Below are positions 11,891 through 24,919 of a DNA stretch of 64,000 nt, piece by piece. Origin of the DNA: Octopus sinensis. Its lineage: Eukaryota. The stretch covers positions 3,844,001 to 3,908,000 of the forward strand of contig NC_043024.1 of NCBI RefSeq assembly GCF_006345805.1, read 5' to 3'. The notes below the pieces were generated by a model that made no database searches, was not told where the DNA came from, and was given only the letters and a program-made list of their open reading frames with translations. The translations under genes were made by a program, and so were the position numbers. Each line of letters starts with the position of its first letter. The first letter of the stretch is position 1.

Positions 11891-12853
11891 GCAGAGCTGG
11901 TATTAGACGTTTTTTAATGGATCAACCGTCATTCAATATCTGCTGTTGTATGTCTGTTATTGTACGTTAGTTATCAGTCATCTGTTATAAAGTAACTGCA
12001 TTAATAACTATAATTAAATAACTGTTATTGGGTAATTGTAGTGACAATATCTTTTATTGACAACGGTTATTTAGCATACGTCATTAGATGTGTATTTTTG
12101 ACAGCTGTCATTTGACATAAGTAATTGGACGTCTGTTGTTGATAGCGGTTATTTGGCATGAGTTATTGGACACCTGTCATTGAAACAGTTGTTTAAAGTA
12201 AGTTATTGGACATCTCTGATACGGAAACAATTCATGGACAAATATTATCACACAGCTGACATTCAACAACAATAGTTATATGTCGCCTATTGCTCACAAC
12301 TGCCAAGAGAAACCTTCATGATTTGCTACTGTTATTGGCCGTCTGTTCACACATTTGATTATTAGACAAAGCAAAATTTACAGTGGTCAACAACGACGAC
12401 GACGATAATAGCAGCAGCTACAACACCACCACCAGCAACAGCAGTGGTTAAGGCAGCGGTCGTAAGAATGCGGTTTCGATTCCCAGACCGGGTATTTTGA
12501 GTGTTTATTGAGCAAAAACACTTAAGCTCCACAAGGCTCCAGCGGGGTGGTGCGGGGTGAACCCCGCTGCACTCTTTCACCACAACTTTCTCTCACTCTT
12601 TCTTCCTACTTCTGCCACAAAGTGTAACCCACTATGGTGTAAACTTTCAGATCCCAGTCTAGATTGTGAATCCTATGTACCCAAGGATGGTTCTGCTCTC
12701 CACCCGTTAAAAGCCCCCATTTCGCACCCGTGCAACCGCCAGTCTATCGTGTGTGTTGGGTGGATCTTCAAGTTGCCACACACATTCTTAGTAGCTTAGA
12801 GTAGGCTCGAATTAGAGATTATTCTTTGTGGCTAATGGCGTGAGTCCTGATTG

Positions 12854-12963
12854 GAAGAAGAAGAAGAAGAAGAAGAAGAAGAAGAAGAAGAAGAAGAAGA
12901 AGAAGAAGAAGAAGAAGAAGAAGAAGAAGAAGAAGAAGAAGACGAAGAAGAAGAAGAAGAAGA
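12854..12963. repeat. (GAA)n trinucleotide tract, about 36 units
   Basis: Near-perfect GAA run; source of the poly-K and poly-F ORFs. Confidence 0.95.
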
Positions 12964-13415
12964 TCAACAACAGACGGACAGAAGTGCAACAGCTTAGACC
13001 TAGAAGCAACGAGGCTTGATCTCTGCAGTCGCTCGACATGCTAAAAGTAGCAGTCAAACCTTTCTAAACACATTCTACCGTCTTAAAAAAAGAATGACGC
13101 ATGTAATAATGTAACGCCAGGGATACTTTCCCGGTGAAATTAGTCAGACTGAAGTAGTTTGTTAAGCTGCAGAAAGAGTCAAGCTTGCGGCTCAAATAGA
13201 ACCGCTGCGTTTCAGAACGAGGTTAAACTGTGTCATGACCCCCCTAAAAAAAAAAACAACAAAAACAAAAACCGCTCATACACTGTTAGCAACGTTTGTA
13301 TATATTGTATCTTTATACAAACACACATATACATATACGTATACACATACACACACAAATATACAACCATATATACACATATATATGCATAAATATATAT
13401 ATGCACATATATATG

Positions 13416-13468
<53 letters not shown>

Positions 13469-13471
13469 CAT

Positions 13472-13510
<39 letters not shown>

Positions 13511-13927
13511 TTATCTATTTCAGAGTGGAACGAATTTTATCGATCAATTTGTGTCGAAGAACTAATTTGAGGAACATAAATGGACATATAAACAGCGCCG
13601 GCTTTGAAACAAAAACATTGACGCACATACATGCACACACATATACATACTATACGTGTGTGTGTGTGTGTACACACACACACAGATGTTCCCGCACGTA
13701 CATACGTGCCTACATATAATTAATCTATTCAGAACAACGTATATGGATGTAGCCACAAAGGACAGATGAAAGCGAAAGAAAATTGAGTCACCACTTAGTC
13801 AGTTTCGTCCGCCTTTCATGTCTCCTTTGTGACTTACATCCACACACGGTTTCAAAGTACGACCAGATGTATATGCAATCCGAGATTAGCACTCGACCAA
13901 CAATACAAAACAATATAAACACTGCGA

Positions 13928-13976
<49 letters not shown>

Positions 13977-14329
13977 TAATAATAATAATTTGATGATGAT
14001 GATGATGATGATAGTATTAATAATAGTAACATTGATATTAACAATATTAATACTAATAATATTAACAACAATAATAATAGTGATAACAAAAAGTAGTAGT
14101 AGTAGTAGTAGTAGTGGTAGTGGTAGTTTCTTTTATTTAAGTCAGTTACGTGTGATGAGGGGGACATTTCATGGACAGTTTTCAAATTTTTGTGAGTGTT
14201 TGCATAAAAGAAGCGGGAAAAGAAAGCGAGAAAAGGGGCTGGTTGTGAAATGTGGCATACGTATACACAGAATACAAAATATGCGACCAAATCAATGAAG
14301 GGGTCCTTCTGATGCCGGAGAACCTCCAA

Positions 14330-14582
14330 CTCACAGTTCTAGGATCACCTTGCACCAACAAGGCAAAAAGGTAAAGTTACCTTCTCGACTCATAAGGGCC
14401 GGTTTCCTGGATGGGACGCTGGTCCGTCGCAGGATTGCTCTCTTTTGCCAGCTGGGTGGACAGGAGCAACGTGAAATGAAGATTTTGCTCAAAAACATAG
14501 CACATCACATAGTCCAGGAATCGAAACCACAATCTTACGATGATGACTCTAACAACTTAACCACTAAGCCATGCGTCTCCAC
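14330..14582 (-). mobile_element. tRNA-derived SINE (family E) with a CCTGCGACGGACCAGCGTCCCATCCAGG segment
   Basis: Minus strand: GGAGACGCATGGCTTAGTGGTT...GGTTTCGATTCCTGG A/B boxes. Confidence 0.6.
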
Positions 14583-14704
14583 TGTTCACCAACAAGGTGA
14601 CAAACCCTCATCTAGCTGTCCTCCAAGTTACAGTCACATGCTTAGGATCTATTTGCTCCAATTGTTTTTGCCAGTCGTCCACCGTCTCACTAATTCACTG
14701 GGTA

Positions 14705-14743
<39 letters not shown>

Positions 14744-14806
14744 TGGGGGAGATAGAGAAAGATATGAGAGAGACAGAGATAGAGAGAGAGAGAAATTTAT
14801 AGATAG

Positions 14807-14845
<39 letters not shown>

Positions 14846-15841
14846 GAGAGAGTGGATTTTGAAAAAGTTGATGATGGGGTTAACCGAAGTGGAAGTTGTT
14901 TTTCTGCAATCTTTTCATTCTCGTTCATCACACAACTTTTGTTGCCATAGCCACAAGACACTGTCTGCCTTGCCTTGTTACAGGTGGGTGGTGAAGCGAT
15001 CCTCACAATGGACTCGGCCGATAGTTGGATTTCTCTTACATGCAACAACAGATGCTGGACATCTGCAACAGATGTTGATCTGCGATGCTCGGGCACTGCA
15101 CGAATGCATGCAGTACGGTTTCGTCTCTCTCTCTCTCTCTCTCTCACACATTAAAATGGAGTAGTTTTAGTGAAGCATTGTAGGGTGGGACTCAATGTAC
15201 AGATGGTGCGCACCAATCTGTCCATGAGTACATTTTTGTCGAGAAATAATACTACCGATAGTATCGTGAGGTGTCCACTATCCAATTGCCCCATCAACAA
15301 CGTTAAAACGTGTTCGAGGGCCTATGTGGTGAATGAAGTAGTCTGAAGTAAGGAACGCCACCAGGAAATTGCACATTCGAATAGAAAACATATACATTCA
15401 GATACTTCAATAAAAAAAAAACACCTAAAGAAGTGCAAGACCCAGGATTTTAAGGTATCCATCAGGGACACTTAACGCAACAGGGGAAATCTCAAAATCA
15501 TGGAAACCTAATCAATGATTTGAGACCAGCCATTAACAACAGGAAGGAACTACAAGAAGCAGACTGGTTACTATAGCAACACCAGTCTGCGCATATCACC
15601 TTTCTGCTGTTACCCACACATCTGTGCAATGACTTCCCCATCCCTCGTTTTTTTTTTCAAATGTCCTGAAGCAGTTTATAACCCCGAAATATAGAAATAA
15701 AAAATAAAACTGCAACTTTGTTTTCTTTTGTTTTCCGTTCCTTTTTGCAGTTTATTTGGTACCTTCTCGTTTTCCTTCAGCATTACACTACAATTATATA
15801 TTTATGCTATAATTTAGAACAAACAGCAAAAGGGTGTCATT

Positions 15842-15900
15842 ATAGTACTCGGAGTTTCGAATGTCGGAGCGAAGAATTACGATACATTCTCGTCGGATAT
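15842..15900 (-). ncRNA. Hammerhead-like motif with a CCGACGA core and a mismatch at the first stem I pair
   Basis: ATAT-CCGACGA-GAATGT-(19 nt)-ACATTC-GAAA-CTCCGAGT-A-CTAT. Confidence 0.5.
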
Positions 15901-16507
15901 TAATGGCAACAGACGCTATGAAAAACCGTTGTTACTTATTATATATATATTTATATATCAGTGGGGTATGGTAGTTGTTGTCATTGTGTGTGCTGCCACA
16001 CTGACCATACTATGGCTAACATTAGTATTACTCAAATTAGGCATACAATATGTGTATTTCTATTCAAAATGCCGGCTCCAAAATGTAAATAATGTAAACT
16101 TAATTCAATTGCGATATAGATTTATGACACTAAATAAACTGAATTAATAATACTCTATGAATTGTAAGCATTCTAAAATAAGCCATAATTTTCTTAGGTG
16201 CGTACACAGAAAAATAAGAAACCATATAATTTTTCTTATTTAAATTACTTATGTGTAAGTTCAATACACCACTTTGCTCCAACTTTTTTCAATTGAAAGT
16301 AAACCAAATCTTAATTTTAGTTCAGGAATTTCAAATTAATTTAAACATACAAATTCTTACCACGGAAACGAACATGCGACCGTGCTGTCAAAGCTGTCGT
16401 ACACCCTTTGCAATTTTCGATGGGTGTGCAGCGCAAAGCCAGCACATCCGAAATTTATATCCCTGATATACAGCCGCCATCATTGACCGCTAACTCCCAA
16501 ATTTTTT

Positions 16508-16559
<52 letters not shown>

Positions 16560-16573
16560 ATTTTCTCGTGTTC

Positions 16574-16609
16574 TTTTCTGTTGAAGAGCGTAGGCTCGAA
16601 ACGTAAAAG
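16574..16609 (+). ncRNA. Minimal hammerhead-like motif with a variant CUGUUGA core (same family as 8717-8752; decayed third copy near 17600)
   Basis: TTTT-CTGTTGA-A-GAGC-GTAG-GCTC-GAAA-C-GT-A-AAAG. Confidence 0.45.
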
Positions 16610-16799
16610 ATTTTCTCACCTTCCTGAGCGTTAAACTAATAAAGTTGTTTGTTGTTTATACATGTCTTCGTCTTTTGTTTTTCTGTAAATTTCCTTTATA
16701 TATATATATATATATATTATATCAAAACCGAATATTGGAACATTTTATTATTATGTGATCGACCAGACCATCAGATGTTTTACACATCGCTGGTCACAA

Positions 16800-17046
16800 T
16801 GCGTACGCATTGTTTTAGCCTTCGAATGACGCCACCCCGCTGGCTAAGCGAGCAGGCCAACAGAAGAAAGAGAGAGAGAAAGAGTGGTAAAAGAGTACAG
16901 CAGGGATCACCACCATCCCCTGCCAGAGCCTCGTTGAGCTTTTAGGTGTTTTCGCTCAATAAACACTCACAACGCCAGGTCTGGGAATCGAAACCGCGAT
17001 CCTACGACCGCGAGTCCGCTGCCCTAACCACTAGGCCATTGCGCCT

Positions 17047-17049
<3 letters not shown>
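16800..17049 (-). mobile_element. tRNA-derived SINE family D (other copies near 12445-12610 + and 51020-51287 -)
   Basis: Minus strand: GGAGGCGCAATGGCCTAGTGGTTAGGGCAGCGGACTCGCGG...GGTTTCGATTCCCAG. Confidence 0.8.
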
Positions 17050-17142
<93 letters not shown>

Positions 17143-17714
17143 CTATCTATATATATATATGTGTGTGTGTGTGTGTAGAAAAACTTATAAGAAATCTATT
17201 AACAATTTATCGGATGAATATCAATTACGAGAATTTTTTTAATAATTGTAATGTTTTCTACGTGTTTACCAATGTAACTCGTACTGGTAAAAAAAAGACA
17301 AATGTAATATAGAATGTATAAATAACAAGATGCTCCAGTTTTTAGTATAAAATTACTCTGCAATAAATACTTTCCAGTATGTATCTATTTTCTCCAGTGT
17401 GTTTTCAATTCTCATATGGCTTATGATGTTTATGGATAAATATACTTTGGAGAACGGGAATATGCAGAAATACTTCTTGAGGACACAGCTTGGATCATCT
17501 CTCTATCTACGTGTGTGTGTATACACATATACACACATGATAGATCGCTAGCCACTAAACCATTTTTATTTTCTCTCCCTGTTTATTTCTGTGTTCCATT
17601 TTGTCGATGAGCGTAGGCTCGAAAAGACTTTCTCACTTCCCGAGCGTTAAACTAATACATCTGTTTGTTGTTTACACACCCGTCTTGGTCTTTTGTTTTA
17701 TTGTTAATGATCAC

Positions 17715-17745
<31 letters not shown>

Positions 17746-17910
17746 TATATATAAACAAAACTGCTTTTTAATAAAGCATATTACTCTACCTCTAGTATTC
17801 GAGTTTTATTTTTTCCACCTTGTTTCGCATTTATGTGCTTACTCTGGTATATATATATATATAATATATATATTATATATTATATATATATATATTTATT
17901 TTATAGAAGG

Positions 17911-17961
17911 AGCTTCTACAGGACTAGAACTGTTTCATTCAAAAGGAATCATCAGGAAGCT
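17911..17961 (-). ncRNA. Type I hammerhead ribozyme motif
   Basis: AGCTTC-CTGATGA-TTC-CTTTT-GAA-T-GAAA-CAG-TTCTAGTC-CTGT-A-GAAGCT; 6-bp stem I, 4-bp stem III, weak stem II. Confidence 0.65.
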
Positions 17962-18670
17962 AGGTGACAAGAGTCTTGTCACCTAGCTTCCTGATCATTT
18001 CTATAAAATAAATTAATTTACTCTGCTATGTATTGAGTACCTTATTTACTGTGGTTAACCCCGACTCAACCCGGGACCTACATATATATATATATATATA
18101 TAATATATATATATATATACTCTTTTACTCTTTTACTTGTTTCAGTCATTTGACTGTGGCCATGTTGGAGCACCGCCTTTAGTCATATATATGACGGGCT
18201 TCTTTCAGTTTCCGTCGACCAAATCCACTCACAAGGCTTTGGTCACCCCGATGCTATAGTAGTGGGACTGAACCCGGAACCATGTGGCACCTTGGGCAAG
18301 TGTCTTCTACTATATATATGGCACCTTAGGCAAGTGTCTTCTACTATAGCCTTGGGCCGACCAAAGCCTTGTGAGTGGATTTTGTAGACGGAAACTGAAA
18401 GAAGCCCGTCGCATATATGTATTTATATATATATGTGTGTGTGTATATGTTTGTGTGTCTGTGTTTGTCCCTCCACCATCGCCTGACAACCGATGCTGGT
18501 GTGTTTATGTCCCCGTAACATAGCGGTTCGGCAAAAGAGACCGGTAGAATAAGTACTAGGCTTACAAAGAATAAGTCCTGGAGTCGATTTGCTCAACTAA
18601 GGCGGTGCTCCAGCATGGCCACAGTCACATGACTGAAACAAGTAAAAGGTATAAAAAGTAAATATATATA

Positions 18671-18728
<58 letters not shown>

Positions 18729-19179
18729 TCATACACTCACACATTAAGTTCACACATATAAATACATGCAACGCACACACATACACAGAGAAGATTTTAT
18801 AACCTTCGAATGTGACGAGTTCTGATTTCTTCTTGGAATATATTTAAAATACGGAAATTTGAAACTTATTAGAGTTGACCTTTGACTTTCTAAAATCCCG
18901 ACCGAACGATTCCTTGTGATCGATTGTTGTCCTTGATTTAGACTGGTTGTATCTAGCTTCATATATTACCCCGCCCCACACTTAGTTGTTTCTTCTTTTT
19001 TCAAAATCTTGCCACTACATCAGTTAGTGCTCCTTCCCCTCACTATTTCTAGCACTCTCCTTTTTCTTGTTTCTTCTGTAATATTCTTTTATCATCACAC
19101 ACACACGCGCACACACACACACACACACACCCACAACACACACACGCACATACACAAACACATACATATATACATGATT

Positions 19180-19236
<57 letters not shown>

Positions 19237-19289
19237 GTATGTATATATGTATGTACGTATGCACGAATGTATGTATGCATTATATATAT

Positions 19290-19331
<42 letters not shown>

Positions 19332-19860
19332 TAGAGATGAGAGAGAGAGAGAGGAGAGAGAGGAGAGAGAGAGAGAGAGAGAGACAAAGAGAGGGAGAAA
19401 GAGCAGTTAAAGCCGAACTCCAACGTATCGAACGGCTGTAGTTTTTATTTTAAAATAAAAATAAAATAAAAACAAACGGACTTTTCTCCTTAGTACGAAC
19501 ATGATGTAAAGCGAGCGAAATAGATGAGGTCTATTTTATTAGTTACTCTGGTCAATACAAAACTAGTTTCACGATTAATTTAGGAAACTAAATAAATCAA
19601 TTAGAAAAAATTAACTTAATTTAGAAACACATTTTCCGATCTTCAGTCGTATATACTATCTTTTAAGAAAAAATATTATAACTATAATATTTTATAGTTT
19701 TATTCTTTCATTGCACATCAATTCGTAAGCCAAGGTTTCCAGTATGTTGAGAAACGTTTGATAGGGAGAAGAAACATGACTTCGAACGAGGAGCGTCCTC
19801 GTTCGAATTGCTTTGCTGCGCCTCTGTTTTGTTTTGTTCTGACAACGTAATTCCTGCTTT

Positions 19861-19940
19861 TTCCTGAAGAGAAAGCTGCAATATGGTATCCTTATTTAAT
19901 CAGAATTTGGAAAATTGTGGCCTTTGAAACATGTGTAGAA
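19861..19940 (+). ncRNA. Hammerhead-like motif with a long stem II loop and weak stems
   Basis: TTC-CTGAAGA-GAAAG...CCTTT-GAAA-C-ATGT-GT-A-GAA; same architecture as 5156-5245. Confidence 0.45.
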
Positions 19941-20148
19941 TGTAATAAAAGGAATTCTGTACAATCTTCGTTCAACTCCATTTCTTCATTCACTAATTAT
20001 ATTAAACTTCAATTATCCGCACCAACGCACGGTTGCAACACCAAATGGTCTTATCTCCAACCGTGTTTTTTTCTGCTGTGATTTTTGCTACCCAGGTATC
20101 GGTTAAACTTTTGAATAATCTGTAACAAGAAAATTCATCTTTCCATTT

Positions 20149-20226
<78 letters not shown>

Positions 20227-21321
20227 CTGAGCTTACTTAAGGTCCGGGGGTATCATCGGCAAAAAATCTTAACTTTTTCCCTAGGGCAACCCCACAGCAA
20301 TATCATATCTTCTCCACTATTTCAGTATTATGTGTTAAAAGTGAAACAAAAATCACCTCTCTTTTGTAATGCAGACACTTTCACTTTAATACTGAAACTA
20401 TTAAAGTGAAAGTATTATATAACAGAGATGAACCATTAACAAGTGGTCATCCATTTTGCTAGAAGAAGATCCGCTATGGTCTTATATGCTACACCACTGG
20501 TTTTCAATTCATATTAATCAAATTAATATTCAATTTTTCACCCTTATGCGTGTGTGTGTATTAGCAATTCGTATAAAATTGCATCAATGACTTGAACTTG
20601 AATAAGTGGTTTCACATAAATGGAGATAAATTAAAAAGGTTTGTTGTTATTATTATTACTGTTTGACGATTGTAATCACGTCTGTTGGTTCCTCGTCAGG
20701 GAAACGTTGTTGTGTTGCATTTGTTAAATAATTGTAAACCGTAACCCTCCCCCTTTGGGAGAAGGAGCTTTGGTTATTGTTTAAAAATTGAATTGTGTCC
20801 CTGTTTGGGGAAATTGACTATATTTTCACCGTCTTTACGGAAGCATTTTTGTTAAAATGCCTTCGATAGAAGAAAGTCCAAAAATGAATTTCGCTGCAGC
20901 CGTACACAAGATCCAATTGATCGAAATTGCAAGAGACGGGCCTACAATTCCAGTCTGTTATATATTTTGAGTATTGTTATCACTAGCGATATCATGATAT
21001 AACTTTGTATTTTGTATTTTATGTGTAGATGTATATATATATAGATGTACATGTAATATGTACACATATATATACACATATATACATGCATAATATATCC
21101 ACCCATACACACATACGCACACATACACACACATACATAGGGGCAGGTCTGGCTGTGTGGTAACAAACTACGTTCCAAGCACATGGTCCTGGGTTCAGTC
21201 CCACTGTGTGGTGACTTGGCATGTATCTTCTGCTGTAGCCTCAGACCAACAAAAGCCTTCTCAGTGGATTGTGTACATATATACAGGCATACATACATAT
21301 ATATACATGCATACGTACATA

Positions 21322-24300
21322 TTCGGCTTAAACACTCTACCACTACAACTAATAACTGTTGGGAACACTTTCAAACCTGCCTTACATTCGAACCGGAATC
21401 TCAACGCCCGAGTTTTCCATCTGAAGTTAATCTCTCTCATGGAGCTCATACAAAAAGGGCAAGTCTTTGGGCCCATACAATGTGACATGTACACAATCGA
21501 GTGGCAAAAAGGAGCCTTCCACATGCTCATATCCTGCTTTGGCTCTCAGCGAAGATCAATTCCAATGACATCGACAAAATAATCTCTGCAGAGCTTCCTG
21601 ATTCAGCTTTAGACAAAGAACTATACGAAATAGTTAAAGCAAACATGGTACATGGTCCATGTGGGCATGGATTCAACATAAACTCACCATGCTTGAAGGA
21701 CAGCATATGTTCAAAAAAATTTTCAAGGAGGTTCCTACAAGAAACTCAAACAGGTGCTGATGGGTATCCATCATACAGACGCAGAAAACCAGAAGACGGA
21801 GGTTTCACAGCAACTATCGGACAGCCCGATATTGATAATAGATGGATTGTTCCATACTGCCCGCTCCTGTCAAAGACTTTCGATGCCCACATCAACGTTG
21901 AGTTTTGCAACTCCGTTAAATCCATCAAGTCCATCAAGTACGTTTGCAAATATGTAAACAAGGGTTCTGACGCTGCAATGTTTGGACTTCAACAAGAATA
22001 CTGCCAGGATGAGGTGACGCATTATCAGGTGGGACGGTACATAAGTAGAAACGAGGCTTTCTGGCGCATCTTTGGCTTTCCAATTCACCAACGACACCCC
22101 GCCATTCAACAGCTTGCATGCACCTGGAAAATGGTCAAAGAGTGTACTTCACCGATGCTAATGCTTCGTAGAGGAACCAAGGGATAGCACACTCACTGCA
22201 TTCTTCAAGCTTTGTCAAGTGGATCCATTCGCTTAAACCTTGCTGTATCCACAGATTCCATCGTACTACACTTGGAATGGAAAAAAATGGGCTCCACGGA
22301 AAGCAGGTCAAAATGTTCATGGATACCCTGGCATTAAGTTCCACACTTGCCTTGGGCGAGTATACATAGTGCATCCCACTCAACAAGAGTGCTTCTACCT
22401 TCGTCTACTACTGCATGAGGTCAGCAGACCAACGTCTTTCCAGGCCCTAAAAACCGTTCATGGACATGTCTGCACAACATACAGAGAAGCCTGCTATCGA
22501 CAAGGTCTGTTAGAAGATGGTGCACAATGGGATGTAATTTTAGGAGAGGCTGCTTTATCACAATCACCTAAAAGTCTCAGGGCACTATTTGCAGTATTAC
22601 TACAGGCATGGGAACTGTGTGATCCGGCCACTCTAGGGCTCAAATATAGAGACAACCTGTCTGAAGACTTTCAGCGCCAAGCTCAACTGCTCTATTCTGA
22701 CATGGAGGGTACCAGCAATGAAATCTATAACAAAACACTCATTGACATTGAAGACAGAATTGCTAAACTGGGTGTAAATGAATTGTCGACGTATGGCCTG
22801 CCACAAGCATTCAGATCAGGGTCAAATAGCCTTCCCACTGCTGTCATTCGTGAAACAACCTACGACACTCAAGCGCTTTCAAAGTACAATGTTGAAAATG
22901 AGCCTAAATTACTTCCGGACCAACTGCAGGCCTACAGAACTATTCTTAACAGTGTATGCCAACGCGAGGGACGAATCTTCTTCCTCGATGCTCCTGGAGG
23001 GACAGGAAAAACATTTATTACAAAGATTCTCCCTGCAGAAGTTAGGCAGCATCAGGACATTGCAGTAGCTTTAGCCTCCTCTGGCATTGCAGCTACTTTG
23101 TTACCCGGTGGCAGAACAGCATACTCAACTTTTAAACTCCCTCTCAATTTAGCAGCATCCGAAATGCCTTCATGCAACATCAACAAAAGGGACAAGTACT
23201 TAAAATGTGTCATCTAATTGTCTGGGATGAGTGCACAATAGCTCACAAGGGAGCTTTGGAAGCATTAGATAGAGCCCTGAAAGACATCCGAGACTGTCAG
23301 GCTCCAATGGGAGGTGTAACGCTTCTGTTGTCAGGTGATTCCAGGCAAACTCTTCCTGTCATTCCGAAAGGCACTAGAGCAGATGAAGTCCAAGCATGGC
23401 TAAAATCCTCTACCCTGTGACATCATGTTACAATCCTCAGTTTCACCACTAACATGAGAGCTCAGCTACACGGCGACAAAATATCCACAAAGTTTGCACA
23501 GGACATTTTGACACTTGGTGAAGGCAAGATGCCTCTCGATGCTGTTTTTAATTCTGTAGATGACCTAAAAAACAAAGTCTTTCCCAACTTCACACAAAAT
23601 TACCAAAATCACAATTGGCTGTGTGAAAGAGCAATATTAGCTCCAAAAAACGTTGCTGTTAACAAAATTAATCAACAGCTAATGCATTCTCTTCCTGGCA
23701 CTATACACACTAACAAGTCTGTTGATACAATTTCAGATATAAATGAAATTGTGAACTATCCTCCTGAATTTCTCAATTCACTGGAGCCTCCTGGACTACC
23801 TCCACACATATTAGCACTTAAAGTTGGAACTCCACAATCTGGAACCACCAAGACTTTACAATGGAACACGTCTGGTGATAAAGAAAATGATGTCACACGT
23901 TATCGAGGCGATCATTCTTTCTGGATGTGGAAAAGGTGATGATGTCTTTATTCCAAGAATTCCTCTTACTCCATCAGGAGCAGAAATTCCATTTACATTC
24001 AGAAGACTGCAATTCCCCCTTCGTGTCAGCTCTGCCATGTCCATTAACAAATCTCAGGGTCAAACCCTCTCTGTAGCTGGTCTTCTCTTGGAAGAACCCT
24101 GCTTCTCGCATGAGCAACTGTATGTTGGCTGCTCAAGAGTAGGAACCAAAAGAATTCTTTTTGTATATGCTCCACAAGGAAAAACAAGGAACATTGTTTA
24201 CAACGAGGTGTTATAATCTCAACAGCCAGGAGGTATATACATGATCCCCCTTTTTTTAACAAACTTCATGTACTTTCATGTATTTATATTAATATACATA

Positions 24301-24405
24301 TGTGTGTGTGTGTGTGTATCCATATATATATATATATATATATATAACAGAAAAGTCTAATTCTTCAAATGAATGTAACCGGGCAACGCCGGGTTTCTCT
24401 GCTAA
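21322..24405 (+). mobile_element. Decayed Helitron (RepHel: HUH Rep C-part plus PIF1-like helicase), 5'-truncated, with intact 3' terminus
   Basis: EWQK..LPHAHILLW, HGPCG, DNRWIVPY, HINVEFC, KYVCKYVNKGSD, FLDAPGGTGKTF, WDEC, LLLSGD.RQTLPVIP, QFPL..SINKSQGQT across at least five frames; 3' hairpin CCGGGCAACGCCGGG then CTAA|T at 24402-24405. Confidence 0.95.
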
Positions 24406-24552
24406 TATATATATATATATATATATACATGGAAAAATGCAAGCATGAAAAGTAATATTCTTAAGATTATAAACCTGGTAAAGTACGGGACAAGTTATTA
24501 CACCTGTAAACGTATAGGACAAACTACTACTTCAAGTAAAATAAAGAATAAG

Positions 24553-24652
24553 NNNNNNNNNNNNNNNNNNNNNNNNNNNNNNNNNNNNNNNNNNNNNNNN
24601 NNNNNNNNNNNNNNNNNNNNNNNNNNNNNNNNNNNNNNNNNNNNNNNNNNNN
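24553..24652. other. Assembly gap (100 N)
   Basis: Run of n. Confidence 1.
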
Positions 24653-24919
24653 AAGGGGATGGAGGAAATAAGGAAGCCATTTTGTAAGACACGGAGATTA
24701 AGGTTCTGTATTTATGTTATGTATGTATATGTATGTGTGTGCGTGTATTGTGTGTGTGTGTGTGTGTGTGTGTGTGGTGTGTTATGTGTGTTCAAAAATT
24801 ATATAGAAGTACAAACAAATAAACCAAACTGAAAATACACTCATCGAGAGTCGCTAAATCCTCATCGTTTGTCGTGCAAAAAGTCATCACAATTTCACGC
24901 CTTTAACGATAATCTAGAT

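Noticed and set aside
10973-11906. 158-aa and 141-aa ORFs with TTDVQQQ / LLLDVCCW repeats
   Set aside because: By-products of the 14-bp minisatellite; the period is not a multiple of 3 and there is no splice or domain support
14969-15120. Exon-like segment after TTACAG (VGGEAILTMDSADSW...)
   Set aside because: No recognisable protein, no convincing donor and no partner exons
12445-17049. tRNA-like sequences with A and B boxes
   Set aside because: They are heads of SINEs continuing into repeat bodies; no complete cloverleaf, so not tRNA genes
20686-20710. CTGACGA core on the minus strand, and similar partial cores near 7710-7730 and 25995-26060
   Set aside because: The GAAA element or the stem I/II pairing is missing; at best these are heavily decayed relics
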